Part shown: positions 40,168-49,700 of the stretch, in pieces
How positions within the stretch are numbered: the stretch's first letter is position 1
Layout of the letters: each line of letters opens with the position of its first letter
NCBI GenBank assembly: GCA_963717525.1
Contig: OY970343.1
Coordinates: 2,080,001-2,144,000, forward strand
Direction of reading: 5' to 3'
Length of the DNA stretch: 64,000 nucleotides
Source of the DNA: an uncultured Methanoregulaceae archaeon
GTDB lineage: Archaea > Halobacteriota > Methanomicrobia > Methanomicrobiales > Methanospirillaceae
Position numbers and translations under genes: made by a program
The notes under the pieces: generated by a model
Told to the model about the DNA's origin: nothing
What the model saw: only the letters and a program-made list of their open reading frames with translations
Database searches by the model: none

Positions 40168-40332
40168 TTTTCAAAAAACTGCTCTAAAGAAATCATGTGT
40201 GGGATTTGGAAGAACGCTTCTTTTAGGGCTCCGGCGAGCCTCCGCCCCCGCCCCCTCGGGGCATGGCTGGCGTGAGGGGGGCTGCATATTAAAAAAAATT
40301 TTCCCCCGAAAAAAAAGAACAATAAAAACCGA

Positions 40333-40404
40333 TGGACTCGACGGGATTCGAACCCGTGGCCTTCACGTTGCAAACGTGACGATCTACCCCTGATCTACGA
40401 GCCC
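40333..40404 (-). tRNA. tRNA-Ala (TGC)
   Basis: GGGCTCG acceptor stem with G3:U70, anticodon arm TCACG-TT-TGC-AA-CGTGA, GGTTCGAATCC T-arm. CCA not encoded. Confidence 0.96.
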
Positions 40405-40617
40405 TCTTATGCGGCATATACTTTTCCCGCCGATTCCATATAGTTGTTACTGATCGGCCTGATACTATCGAGGCTCCTGTGGGCTCCCCCGGTTTTCTGG
40501 GGTGTCGGCTGGAATTGACGGAGCTGAACATTTTATAAAACCCCGGGCCCAAGAAATGATCAGGATGCCCGGCACAATGCAGCACCCTGCACCCCGTGAA
40601 AAAACCGGAGATTCCCC

Positions 40618-40800
40618 ATGGTAAAACTGATCATCGAACCCAAAAAGACAAAGGATGGCCAGATCGACTATATCGTCACGTACCACGATGTAAAGACCGA
40701 CAACCAGTTCACCGTCACGACCACAAACGACCTCAGCGAGGCTGTGCAACGGTTGAAAGAGACCCTGGAAAACGAGATAAAGGTCCTTACCTCGAAATAA
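40618..40800 (+). CDS. Small hypothetical protein (60 aa) with HicB-like beta-beta-beta-alpha pattern
   Basis: GGAG SD upstream, host-like codons, followed by a hairpin and T-run. Confidence 0.7.
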   Translation: MVKLIIEPKKTKDGQIDYIVTYHDVKTDNQFTVTTTNDLSEAVQRLKETLENEIKVLTSK

Positions 40801-40842
40801 ACCGGAAAAACCCGGTTCTTTTTTAATTTTATAAAAACGACA

Positions 40843-40914
40843 TGGACCCGGCGGGATTTGAACCCGCGGCCTCTACGTTGCGAACGTAGCGATCTACCCC
40901 TGATCTACGAGCCC
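40843..40914 (-). tRNA. tRNA-Ala (CGC)
   Basis: GGGCTCG acceptor stem, anticodon arm CTACG-TT-CGC-AA-CGTAG, GGTTCAAATCC T-arm. Confidence 0.96.
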
Positions 40915-40993
40915 GGTGTGGTATTACAATTCTCCCGCGGATGGAATATAGTTGTTGCTGTAGCAGGCAAATCCTTGCGAAAAAATAGAAAAA

Positions 40994-41998
40994 TCAGAGG
41001 ATGATCTCGATATCGAGCTTCTCTGCCAGTTCTTTGTACCTGTTCCTGATGGTGACTTCCGTGACCCCGGCCACTTCCGCCACTTCGCGCTGGGTGCGCC
41101 GCTCGCCTCCAAGGATGGACGAGATGTATATGGCAGCGGCCGCGACCCCGGTCGGTCCCCTGCCGCTTGTGAGTTCACGTTCCCCTGCCTGCCTCAGGAT
41201 CTCGACTGCCCGGCTCTGGACCTCTCCCTTAAGGGTAAGCCCGGAGCAGAAGCGTGGTACGTAATCTATCGGGGAAGTTGGGAGGAGCTTTAAGCCCAGT
41301 TCCCGGGAGATGAACCGGTAGGTCCTGCCGATCTCTTTTCTTGAAACCCGGGACACTTCAGCGATCTCGTCAAGCGTACGGGGCACACTGCACTGCCGGC
41401 AGGCCGCGTACAGCGCTGCAGCCGCGACACCTTCGATGCTCCGGCCCCGGATCAGGTTCTTGTCCACCGCGTCACGGTAGACCACGGCGGCGGTTTCACG
41501 GACATTCCGCGGGAGGCCAAGCGCTGAGGCCATGCGGTCCAGTTCCGAGAGCGCAAAGGCAAGGTTCCTCTCTGTCGCGTTGCTCACGCGGATCCGGCGC
41601 TGCCACTTGCGGAGACGGTAGAGCTGGGCCCGGTTCTTGGAGGAGATGGCCCTGCCGTACGAATCCCGGTTGCGCCAGTCGATCATCGTGGAGAGACCCT
41701 TGTCGTGTATGGTAAAGGTCATCGGGGCGCCGACACGGGAACGTTTCATTCGCTGGTCGTGGTCGAACGCACGCCACTCGGGGCCGCGGTCGATGAAGTC
41801 GTCATCGATCACCAAGCCGCAGCTCTGGCAGACCAGCTCTGCACGTTCGTAATCGTGGACGAGCTGACGGCTGCCGCACTCGGGACAGACCGTCTCGGTA
41901 TGGTTTTCTGCTTTCTTTTCCTGCTCTTTAACTTTTATACGGGATTTGAGCGCTTCCCTCTCAGTCTGGAGGAGTTTTAGTTTCTCTACTTCCTGCAT
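40994..41998 (-). CDS. tfb: Transcription initiation factor IIB
   Basis: Zinc ribbon CPECGS...CQSCG, B-reader GPEWRAF, cyclin repeats, [14 protein letters not shown]. Confidence 0.98.
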   Translation of the reverse strand: MQEVEKLKLLQTEREALKSRIKVKEQEKKAENHTETVCPECGSRQLVHDYERAELVCQSCGLVIDDDFIDRGPEWRAFDHDQRMKRSRVGAPMTFTIHDKGLSTMIDWRNRDSYGRAISSKNRAQLYRLRKWQRRIRVSNATERNLAFALSELDRMASALGLPRNVRETAAVVYRDAVDKNLIRGRSIEGVAAAALYAACRQCSVPRTLDEIAEVSRVSRKEIGRTYRFISRELGLKLLPTSPIDYVPRFCSGLTLKGEVQSRAVEILRQAGERELTSGRGPTGVAAAAIYISSILGGERRTQREVAEVAGVTEVTIRNRYKELAEKLDIEIIL

Positions 41999-42014
41999 CC
42001 GGCTTCACCATCAA

Positions 42015-42293
42015 TTATCTTGTTGCTGACCTGAACGGTTCTTTTCGGGCTGTCGCGGGGATGCGGGATTCCCTCGCGAAGACTTTCTCGCCCGGTTTTA
42101 CGCTGCATGGGCCATGGGAAAGGATAAGGGCATAGGGCGATTTCACGTTCCCGAAGACGTCCATGATCCTGCCCACCGGTTTTGTCCTCCGGTCCATCAC
42201 TTCGCTGTACAACCCCGGGAGCTGGGCGGCGTCGCACTGGATGATAAACATCCTGCTGCCGTAGGTGCTCATCGCTCGGCCAACAACTTTCAC
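42015..42293 (-). CDS. gar1: H/ACA RNP protein Gar1/Naf1 family
   Basis: VGRIMDVFGNVKSPY and the typical gar1-tfb adjacency. GTG start after GAGGTT. Confidence 0.85.
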   Translation of the reverse strand: MKVVGRAMSTYGSRMFIIQCDAAQLPGLYSEVMDRRTKPVGRIMDVFGNVKSPYALILSHGPCSVKPGEKVFARESRIPATARKEPFRSATR

Positions 42294-42396
42294 ACAACAA
42301 CCTCGGGGGGTACACAAAGTACTAAACTAATTTAGTAATCTATATATGTAAGACATTGTGGTATTTAAATATTCCGTGAAAGTATAAATAGAAATT

Positions 42397-43050
42397 TCAG
42401 AAACCGAGGAACCGGTCAATATTTAAAGATATAATGTCGGCGGCTTCGTCAGCAGTCAGACCGGCCCCCATCGCCACATTCTCTTTGCCTGTTCTGTCCA
42501 GAAGATCGTGCGGCGCATGCGCGTCCGAGTCTACCACAATCTGGCACGAGACCTCCCGGGCGATGCGCACCACATGGCCGTTCGTGCGGTTGTGTCCGCC
42601 CCGGGAGGTGATCTCGAGCGCGATGCCGTTCTCGAGCGCGATCTTTGCGTCTTCGCGCGTGATCAAGCCCGGGTGGGCGAGCACGTTCACATCCCGGCAG
42701 ATGCAGGCCGCGTGATTGGTGCCGGGTGCCACCGGTTCAACCGTTGTCTCCCCATGGACGATCACGATCTCCGCTCCCGCCTCACGGGCCTGCCGTGCGA
42801 CCGCTGCGATCTGTGTTGGCGGCACGTGCGTGATCTCGACACCGCACAGGAGCCGGACGCCAAAGAGCCGGGCGGATTCCTGCACGTCAAGGAGCGATTC
42901 GACGACCGCTGCAGCATTGGACGTATCGACATGGTCGGTGATGGCAACCGTGGTGTACCCGATCACGGCCATGCGCCGCACCAGCTCGGATGGCAACATC
43001 TCGCCGTCGGAAAGGATTGTGTGGGTATGGAAGTCGTACAGGCCGGTCAC
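42397..43050 (-). CDS. PHP-domain protein (histidinol-phosphatase-like)
   Basis: DFHTHT, AITDH, GVEITH, LAHPG, DSDAH. Confidence 0.9.
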   Translation of the reverse strand: MTGLYDFHTHTILSDGEMLPSELVRRMAVIGYTTVAITDHVDTSNAAAVVESLLDVQESARLFGVRLLCGVEITHVPPTQIAAVARQAREAGAEIVIVHGETTVEPVAPGTNHAACICRDVNVLAHPGLITREDAKIALENGIALEITSRGGHNRTNGHVVRIAREVSCQIVVDSDAHAPHDLLDRTGKENVAMGAGLTADEAADIISLNIDRFLGF

Positions 43051-43322
43051 CGTTTCACCTCAATGGCCCGGGCGATTTTTTTGATAAGCGCCCCTTTTTT
43101 TCCGGTCCATGTGGCGATAACCCGTCCCTCGTGCCGGGCCCAGTGGGCCGGGTGGTGGTGCTCCTCGGTCTGGCAGGCTATGCCGAGGCGCTTTAACGCC
43201 CGCTCGATATCGCCGGCATTCGGTCCTTTCGCTCCGAGCGTATGCGGGACCCTGCGTCCTTCCTCGCGGGAGAGGGCAGCGTTGAAATAACAGGGATAGA
43301 GAATGCACTCGCCTTTATCCAT
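43047..43322 (-). CDS. srp19: Signal recognition particle protein SRP19
   Basis: ILYPCYFNAALSREEGRRVP, HP...GRVI, KGALIKKIA. Confidence 0.92.
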   Translation of the reverse strand: MDKGECILYPCYFNAALSREEGRRVPHTLGAKGPNAGDIERALKRLGIACQTEEHHHPAHWARHEGRVIATWTGKKGALIKKIARAIEVKR

Positions 43323-43378
43323 TGCGTAAAAAGTATGGGGGTCAAGATATAAACACTGTCCGCTCAAAAAGTAATGGT

Positions 43379-44026
43379 ATGCACCACATCGACGTCAGAA
43401 TGGAGAAGGATGTATACGACGTCAACAACGCGATTGCGGACGGGAATGCCAGGCACTTAAAGGAACATGGCATCCGTGCTTTCGACCTGCTCGGGGCGAT
43501 TGGCTCAGGAAAGACCGCACTCATCGAACGTCTTGTCCCGCTGCTGAATGCAAAAGGGCTCCGGGCCGGCGCGATCGCCGGCGATGTGTATGGCGATGAT
43601 GATTTCCAGCGGATCGTGGCGCAGGGTATCCCTGCCTACAATGCAAACACCGGCAAGGAATGCCACCTCGATGCCCATCTTGTCGAGCACGCGATCGAGC
43701 ACCTCCCGCTGGACAAGATCGACATTCTCTTCATCGAGAACGTAGGGAACATGGTCTGCCCCACCGACTTCCGGCTCGGTGCTGAAAAACGGATCGTGAT
43801 CGTCAGCTCGACCGAAGGTGACGACGTAGTCAACAAGCACCCTATGATGTTCAGGGATTGCACGATCGGTGTTATCAACAAGGTCGACCTCGCCCCGCTT
43901 GTGGGAGCAAACCTCGCCCGGATGGAAGCCGACATCCACCGGTACAACCCGAAGATGCCGGTCTTTATGACCAACATGAAGACCGGGGAGAATGTTGCGC
44001 AGCTTCTCGATGCGATTCTCGCGTAA
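43379..44026 (+). CDS. hypB: Hydrogenase nickel incorporation GTPase HypB
   Basis: GAIGSGKT, TGKECHLDAH, IENVGNMVCP, NKVD. Confidence 0.96.
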   Translation: MHHIDVRMEKDVYDVNNAIADGNARHLKEHGIRAFDLLGAIGSGKTALIERLVPLLNAKGLRAGAIAGDVYGDDDFQRIVAQGIPAYNANTGKECHLDAHLVEHAIEHLPLDKIDILFIENVGNMVCPTDFRLGAEKRIVIVSSTEGDDVVNKHPMMFRDCTIGVINKVDLAPLVGANLARMEADIHRYNPKMPVFMTNMKTGENVAQLLDAILA

Positions 44027-44146
44027 CCATGGAAAGGATGCACCTCCGATCGGGAAATAGTATAAATAACTCCGGAGGGAACATATACAGCACCATTTCC
44101 GGAAAAAAGAATGGTTCCGGAAAAAAGATTACAAAGGAGTGACACT

Positions 44147-44524
44147 ATGCTCTGGCAGGGAGAATCAATACGGAAGGTAACCGGCGGCAGGCGCCGCCCG
44201 GCACAGGGAAAGCGGAGATTTGAGATCGGGCTTGCACCCGCAGACACTCATATCGGTGAGGACCGGACGAAAAAGGTCCGGATCACGGGTGGGAACATCA
44301 AGGTTCGGTCCATGCGGGCGCAGTACGCAAACGTCACCAAACTCTCCAACGGCGAGACCAAAAAAGTAAAGATCGAGCACGTTGAAGAGAACGGCGCAAA
44401 CCCGAACTACGTCCGGCGGAACCTGCTCACCAAGGGTGCCATTGTCCGTACCGAGATCGGACGCGCCCGGATCATGAGCCGTCCCGGCCAGGACGGCATC
44501 ATCAACGCGGTGTTACTCGAATAA
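44147..44524 (+). CDS. rps8e: 30S ribosomal protein S8e
   Basis: WQGESIRKVTGG, ANPNYVRRNLLTKGA, SRPGQDGIINAVL. GGAGTGA SD. Confidence 0.97.
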   Translation: MLWQGESIRKVTGGRRRPAQGKRRFEIGLAPADTHIGEDRTKKVRITGGNIKVRSMRAQYANVTKLSNGETKKVKIEHVEENGANPNYVRRNLLTKGAIVRTEIGRARIMSRPGQDGIINAVLLE

Positions 44525-44649
44525 ACCGGTCCGGGGATCATCCCCGCATTTTTTCGTGCGCCCGGCACCCGTCCCGGCACAGTACCTGCTTTTTACCCTC
44601 ACGGGTGCAGCAATTGTTTTTTTAGGTTAGGCTATCCCATAGTGTAACC

Positions 44650-45072
44650 ATGCGAAGGATCTATTATCGTTACCCGCAGCGGGTGGATCTCTCGTTTGCG
44701 ATGGGAATGACGTTTCCTGAAACCCTGAAATATATCGCAGAACTGAACGGACAGGAATCCACCAAGACCACCGGGAAAGAACTGGTCCGGATCCGGGTGA
44801 AGGTTGAGCTCGCGACAAACCGGGCTGAATTCGGCGACATCACTCCCGATGTCCTGCGCCCCGGCGTCATCACCGAGGCTGCCGATATCAGGATCTCGGT
44901 GCTTGCGCTTGCCCTGCGGGGGACCGGGAAGATCCCGGTTGCAAACGACGTTTTCTTTGTACGGCTCACCGACAGGAATACCTGCACTGACATCGACATC
45001 GCCCGGCAGGACTCCGGCGAAGGGCTGGACGCTCTTGATATGAAAAATATCCTTCTGGGAAAATCGAATTGA
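44650..45072 (+). CDS. Hypothetical protein
   Basis: 140-aa ORF with host-like codons. Its stop overlaps the next start (TTGA). Confidence 0.65.
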   Translation: MRRIYYRYPQRVDLSFAMGMTFPETLKYIAELNGQESTKTTGKELVRIRVKVELATNRAEFGDITPDVLRPGVITEAADIRISVLALALRGTGKIPVANDVFFVRLTDRNTCTDIDIARQDSGEGLDALDMKNILLGKSN

Positions 45073-45530
45073 CGCTCCGGATCACGGTGGCCGCACCGTT
45101 CAGGCATACCCGCAAGACCGCCCTGCGCAGGAACGAGCTCGTCTACTATTACGCGCTCGACCGAAAGTGGATGAGCACAGACCAGGCGGCCGTTTTGCTC
45201 CGGCGGGCAGAAGAGGCGGGGCTCCTCCGGCAGGACAACGGCGTTTTTACGATCCTCTTTGACCCGGCCACAGAGACAATCCCCATCGGTTTTCGGCCCA
45301 CCTCTGCAATCTTCGAGACAAACGATCCTGCTCAGGAGCTGATCGGCCGGATCATGAAGGCAAGGGGTGTACCGGAGACAGAGATAGTCGCCGATATGAA
45401 CAGGATTATACGGGAGCAGTTTGGCGGGAATCTGCTGCCCCCGGCGGCTCTCGTAATTCTCGCAAAGAAATACGGGGTGCCATACGAGGACCTGCGCGAG
45501 ACCCTCGTCGCGTCGGTAAAGAAAGGATAA
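45069..45530 (+). CDS. DUF2240 family protein
   Basis: LRITVAAPF, ALDRKWMS.DQA, IPIGFRP, ALVILAKKYGV. Confidence 0.85.
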   Translation: MTLRITVAAPFRHTRKTALRRNELVYYYALDRKWMSTDQAAVLLRRAEEAGLLRQDNGVFTILFDPATETIPIGFRPTSAIFETNDPAQELIGRIMKARGVPETEIVADMNRIIREQFGGNLLPPAALVILAKKYGVPYEDLRETLVASVKKG

Positions 45531-45641
45531 TACATTTCACGTTTCCGGTCTCTTTTTTTGGGGTTTGATCCCGGTATTTTTTCATTTGGCGTCTGAAATC
45601 CCCCGGAAAAGCCATATAATCAAAAGATTATACAATTACGT

Positions 45642-46181
45642 ATGCAGATGCGAATGCATGGGGGCCGGCGGCGCAGATCGCACGAGATCCCGTGGCTTTT
45701 TGTCGCCACGATCATTGGCATCGTGGTGGTTGCAGGGGCTGCAGTCATTTATTTTTCCAGCTCCGGTGGATTATCCACGGGCCATTCCTCTTCCGATGAT
45801 ATGATCGTGGTACAACCGACGACCAGCACCGTGGGGGCATCCGGGTCTTCAACGACGTCGTACTCATCGACCCCGATCGTTATTGCAACGACAGCGCCAC
45901 CAAACATCCCGGCAACCGGTGTCTCTGTCACTGTCAGTTATATCGGAGGTTTTTCCGGCTCCTATAGCACCGGTGGCATGACAACGACCATAACGCCCAA
46001 CTCGGGAACCCAGATATATCAGGTGGCAAACGCGACCGGGACGGTGACAGCAACCTTCCAGAAAACCGACAACACCGCCACCCATGCGCTGACCGTAATC
46101 ATCTACGAGAATGGCAAGCAGCTCGCCTCCAACAGTACGAGCGCCTCCTACGGGAAGGTTACGCTCACGGCAGCCGTGTAA
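45642..46181 (+). CDS. Membrane-anchored Ser/Thr-rich surface protein
   Basis: Basic N-terminus, one TM segment, S/T-rich linker, beta-rich C-terminal domain. Confidence 0.75.
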   Translation: MQMRMHGGRRRRSHEIPWLFVATIIGIVVVAGAAVIYFSSSGGLSTGHSSSDDMIVVQPTTSTVGASGSSTTSYSSTPIVIATTAPPNIPATGVSVTVSYIGGFSGSYSTGGMTTTITPNSGTQIYQVANATGTVTATFQKTDNTATHALTVIIYENGKQLASNSTSASYGKVTLTAAV

Positions 46182-46423
46182 CCGGTAGTCAGGGATCTCT
46201 CTTTTTACCAGCTGACGCACTCTAAACAGCGTACGGTTTTCGCCTCTCTTTATGAGAACCGTACAAATGCCATCCTTAGAGATCCCGGTTCTCACGAAGA
46301 AGCGTACTCATCCTACCCTCCTACGGGAAGGCAAAAGGTGAAAGGGGAAACGGAAACCGATCTCCCCCCAAAGACAGAGGGTGTTTCCGGCCGGCCCGAT
46401 CCGTCCTGTCCAGGTTCATGTGG

Positions 46424-46516
46424 TTATCCGCAGTTGGAATATGGGCACCACGCCCTGAACCAGCAGCCGCAGCAGCTGTATCTCAGTCCTTTCGGACATT
46501 TGGTTTTGGTTGGCAT
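46424..46516 (-). CDS. 30-aa Cys-rich micro-peptide (not in ORF track)
   Basis: MPTKTKCPKGLRYSCCGCWFRAWCPYSNCG* has 6 Cys. ATATAT box 25-30 bp upstream, hairpin and pyrimidine-rich tract downstream. Confidence 0.6.
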   Translation of the reverse strand: MPTKTKCPKGLRYSCCGCWFRAWCPYSNCG

Positions 46517-46703
46517 ACAAGGAAATTATTCCGGGACGAAATATATCTGGCGTTGAGCGAAATTTATTCTGCACTCAAAATCGCCGCCGGATGTTAATTC
46601 GGGGCGCCCCATGGGGGACAGCGACACGCACGCGTACCGGGAACCTGCACGCCAGAATCGAATCAGAAAACAACTACAAGAAAAAAATATTGTGCCGGCG
46701 AAT

Positions 46704-47144
46704 TTACTTCCGGGCCTTTCTCTCTTTTGGCTTGTCAGCCTTCTTTTCGCCCTCGGCCTTCTCCGTCTTCGGGAACATCTCGTCAAGGGACTTCTCGCCG
46801 TACGCAGTCACGCGGGCGTTGACCTGCACGAACTCGGGGGTGATCTGGTGGGCGCGGATCATCTTTCTTTTGCGCTCGCCTTCCATTACCGGGTGGAATC
46901 CAACGCCTTCCGCGAGCAGGAGTTTCCTTCTCCCTGCACCCGGCAGGCTTTTTCTTGCGGGCGTCCCGGTCTGATCCGAGCCCCCGGTGATCAGGATCTT
47001 ATACCCTGCAAGCCCAAGGGGGCCGGCGTCCACTTCGTCCCCGATCTTCTTTCCCACGATCGCTCCTGCTGCGCCGGTGCTGGCATCGACATTGTAGGCG
47101 CGACCGGTCTTCGGGTCTGATACAACAACCTTTAACTCAACCAT
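46704..47144 (-). CDS. rps6e: 30S ribosomal protein S6e
   Basis: KVVVSDPKTG, GKKIGDEVD, ITGGSD, GERKRKMIR. Confidence 0.97.
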   Translation of the reverse strand: MVELKVVVSDPKTGRAYNVDASTGAAGAIVGKKIGDEVDAGPLGLAGYKILITGGSDQTGTPARKSLPGAGRRKLLLAEGVGFHPVMEGERKRKMIRAHQITPEFVQVNARVTAYGEKSLDEMFPKTEKAEGEKKADKPKERKARK

Positions 47145-47332
47145 GCTTGATTCTCCGTATTGGTTATCCCGGGACGTGCCCGATGTCGGGAGTCCCGTTC
47201 ACTTTCGGGCTGACGGCGCAATAACACCTGTGCACGTGAAGTACCCATTTAATTATACCGGTACGCTATTAAACCCTCGCGTCCTTTGGGACCGACCATG
47301 CATGCCACAATAAACCCCCTGAAGCCGCCCTC

Positions 47333-49111
47333 TCACTTGCCCCAGAACGGCTCGGCCTTGCGCCGGATCGCAACGAACTCGGCGAGCACATCCTGCGTGC
47401 TGATATTTAAGTTCTTGAGCATCTCGCGTTCGAGGACTTTCACGTGCCTCTCCGGGAGATCCACGAGCAGGTCATCGCCCACGTTGAGCTGCCGGCCAAT
47501 CGTCGCCCCTTCGATCGAGATCGCAACTTCGAGGCCGGCATCCGCCTCCCGGATCGCCTCCTGACGGAGCTGCATGGACTTTAAGTGCCCCACCTTCTTC
47601 CCGTCGAGCTTGACGAGGTCGACATCGCTCCTGAGCTTCCCGCCCAGCACCCGGACGCCGACCACTGCCGGGTTGCTCTGCCGGAAGACGCAGTCCGGCA
47701 GCAGCCGGATCTTTGCCGGCATCATCACATGCTCGAACTGCGCCTTCTCCGCGATCCGTTTTTGTTCATCCCGGTACGTGACGTACTGGTCGATGAGCTG
47801 GTAGATTACCTGCCCCGAGAAGACCTTCACCTGAGTGTAAAGTGGGTCCTTGATCATATCTGCAGCGTCGGGAAGGATTGGCGTGTTGAACGACAACAGG
47901 ACGCGGAAAGCCGGGTTCTTGATCGTCTCGGTATCGATCAGGTCATGCCGGCTCACCGGGCCGACCTGTGCCCGCATCACCCTGATCTCCTTTGTCTCCA
48001 GTTCCTTGCAGAGTGCTTCGAGAGCGCCGATCGTATCCGCCTTGATCACGATGCCTTCTTCGGCAAGGTTGACGTGGATCTCCTGCATCTCCTTTCTGAT
48101 CCGGGCCGCGAGTTCGTCGGTGTTGCCCCGGACGACAAAAAGCGGTGAGCCGGCGATCACCTTTTCAAGGCCCGGGGCGGAAACCTTGATTCCCGACGCC
48201 GCGACAACGGATTTCACGCGCTCGAACCGGTCCTCGACGAGTATCTCCTTCATCGGCCGGGGCTTCAACAGCGACCTGACCTTGGTGATTACTACGTCGT
48301 CCTGCGAGGCCATCGCGATCTCGTCGCCCACCGAGAGCGTGCCGTCATACAGGATAACATCAAGGGTCGTCCCGAGGCCCCGCTCCTCCTTAACCTCGAG
48401 GACTGTGCCCGCCCCCGGCCCCTCGGCCGAAAGTTTGAGTTCGTCACCCATATACCGCTGGGCAAGCCCGATCATGACCATTAAAAGATCGGCGATTCCC
48501 TCTCCCGTGTGGGCGCTCACGGGGACGATCGCAAGGTTGCGCCGGAAATCCGAGACCCTGTCGTACCGGTCGGCAGAAAACCCGAGATCGGAGAGGTTTC
48601 CCACGATCTCGTAGGTTTTTGTCTCAATATCGCCGTGCACCCGTTCGTTCTGCTTTGCAAAACTTGACAAAAAAGATTCATCTTTGTTGATTCTCCAGCC
48701 GTGGACCCGGTCGATCTTTGTCGCCGCTATCACAAACGGCGTCTTACAGTTCCGGAGGATCTGGAGCGCCTCGATCGTCTGGGGCTGGAACCCCTGGTTG
48801 ATATCGACCACAAGGATCGCCATGTCGGCAAGTGCCCCGCCCCGGGCCCGCAGCGTGGTAAACGCGTGGTGTCCCGGGGTGTCGATGAAAAGCAGGCCGG
48901 GGATATTGAAGGGAACCTTCTCCATCGACCCGCTCATCTTCCGGATCGCATCGATGGGGACGATTGTCGCCCCAATGTGCTGGGTGATCGCACCCGCCTC
49001 TGAAGAAACGACCGATGAGCCGCGGATCCGGTCGAGGAGCGAGGTCTTGCCATGATCTACATGGCCCATAACGCACACAATAGGCGTCCTGATCTTCGGG
49101 TCTGCCGCCAT
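47333..49111 (-). CDS. infB: Translation initiation factor aIF5B (IF-2)
   Basis: IRTPIVCVMGHVDHGKT, GAITQHIGA, DTPGH, VFRQSNPAVVG, PFWG end. No intein. Confidence 0.98.
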   Translation of the reverse strand: MAADPKIRTPIVCVMGHVDHGKTSLLDRIRGSSVVSSEAGAITQHIGATIVPIDAIRKMSGSMEKVPFNIPGLLFIDTPGHHAFTTLRARGGALADMAILVVDINQGFQPQTIEALQILRNCKTPFVIAATKIDRVHGWRINKDESFLSSFAKQNERVHGDIETKTYEIVGNLSDLGFSADRYDRVSDFRRNLAIVPVSAHTGEGIADLLMVMIGLAQRYMGDELKLSAEGPGAGTVLEVKEERGLGTTLDVILYDGTLSVGDEIAMASQDDVVITKVRSLLKPRPMKEILVEDRFERVKSVVAASGIKVSAPGLEKVIAGSPLFVVRGNTDELAARIRKEMQEIHVNLAEEGIVIKADTIGALEALCKELETKEIRVMRAQVGPVSRHDLIDTETIKNPAFRVLLSFNTPILPDAADMIKDPLYTQVKVFSGQVIYQLIDQYVTYRDEQKRIAEKAQFEHVMMPAKIRLLPDCVFRQSNPAVVGVRVLGGKLRSDVDLVKLDGKKVGHLKSMQLRQEAIREADAGLEVAISIEGATIGRQLNVGDDLLVDLPERHVKVLEREMLKNLNISTQDVLAEFVAIRRKAEPFWGK

Positions 49112-49366
49112 TTCCCCAACCCTCCCGTTCGTGCGTGCCCTGATCGCAGATTAAAAATCATCCATGGCGCGGCGTCACCGGATGCCGCATGCCATTTATT
49201 AACGATATCCTTTCAGGGCCACCTGATAACTTAATGGACTCCCCACCCTATTAAAGTCCTCCCCAGACCGCGAGCGGGCCCGGACGGTTCTTTCAAGGGC
49301 GGGACCCTTTCGCGTAAAAGGGAGAAATATTAATCAGAGTTCACGCCCAAATTAACTGGAACATCT

Positions 49367-49440
49367 GCCAGGGTAGGGTAGTCTGGTTATCCTAAGGGGC
49401 TGTGGATCCCTCGACCCGGGTTCAAATCTCGGCCCTGGCC
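49367..49440 (+). tRNA. tRNA-His (GTG)
   Basis: GCCAGGG/CCCTGGC acceptor stem, anticodon arm AGGGG-CT-GTG-GA-TCCCT, GGTTCAAATC T-arm, discriminator C. Confidence 0.96.
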
Positions 49441-49700
49441 TCATTATCGTAGTTTAAAGTCAAATTCTTTTTTAGTGCTCACATTGATCGCATTTTCTTG
49501 CTGGCATTTTCTCGTAAAACAGGCTCCTGCTTTCATTGCAGTCTAAAAAAGTTTTCATGTATTTTTCCTGAGTTTCTCCTCTCAAAAGCTGATGAAGGGT
49601 CGCATTGATTTTTATCCTGCCGGCGAATTTTTCCCTCCCGCGGCAGATATTCATAAACACATGTAATATTCATCTTGACAAAATGCCAATACTATCATAC

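Noticed and set aside
46521..46532. GGAA-ATTA-TTCC as an NrpR operator
   Set aside because: The established NrpR site is GGAA-N6-TTCC and the spacer here is 4. Kept only as a generic dyad.
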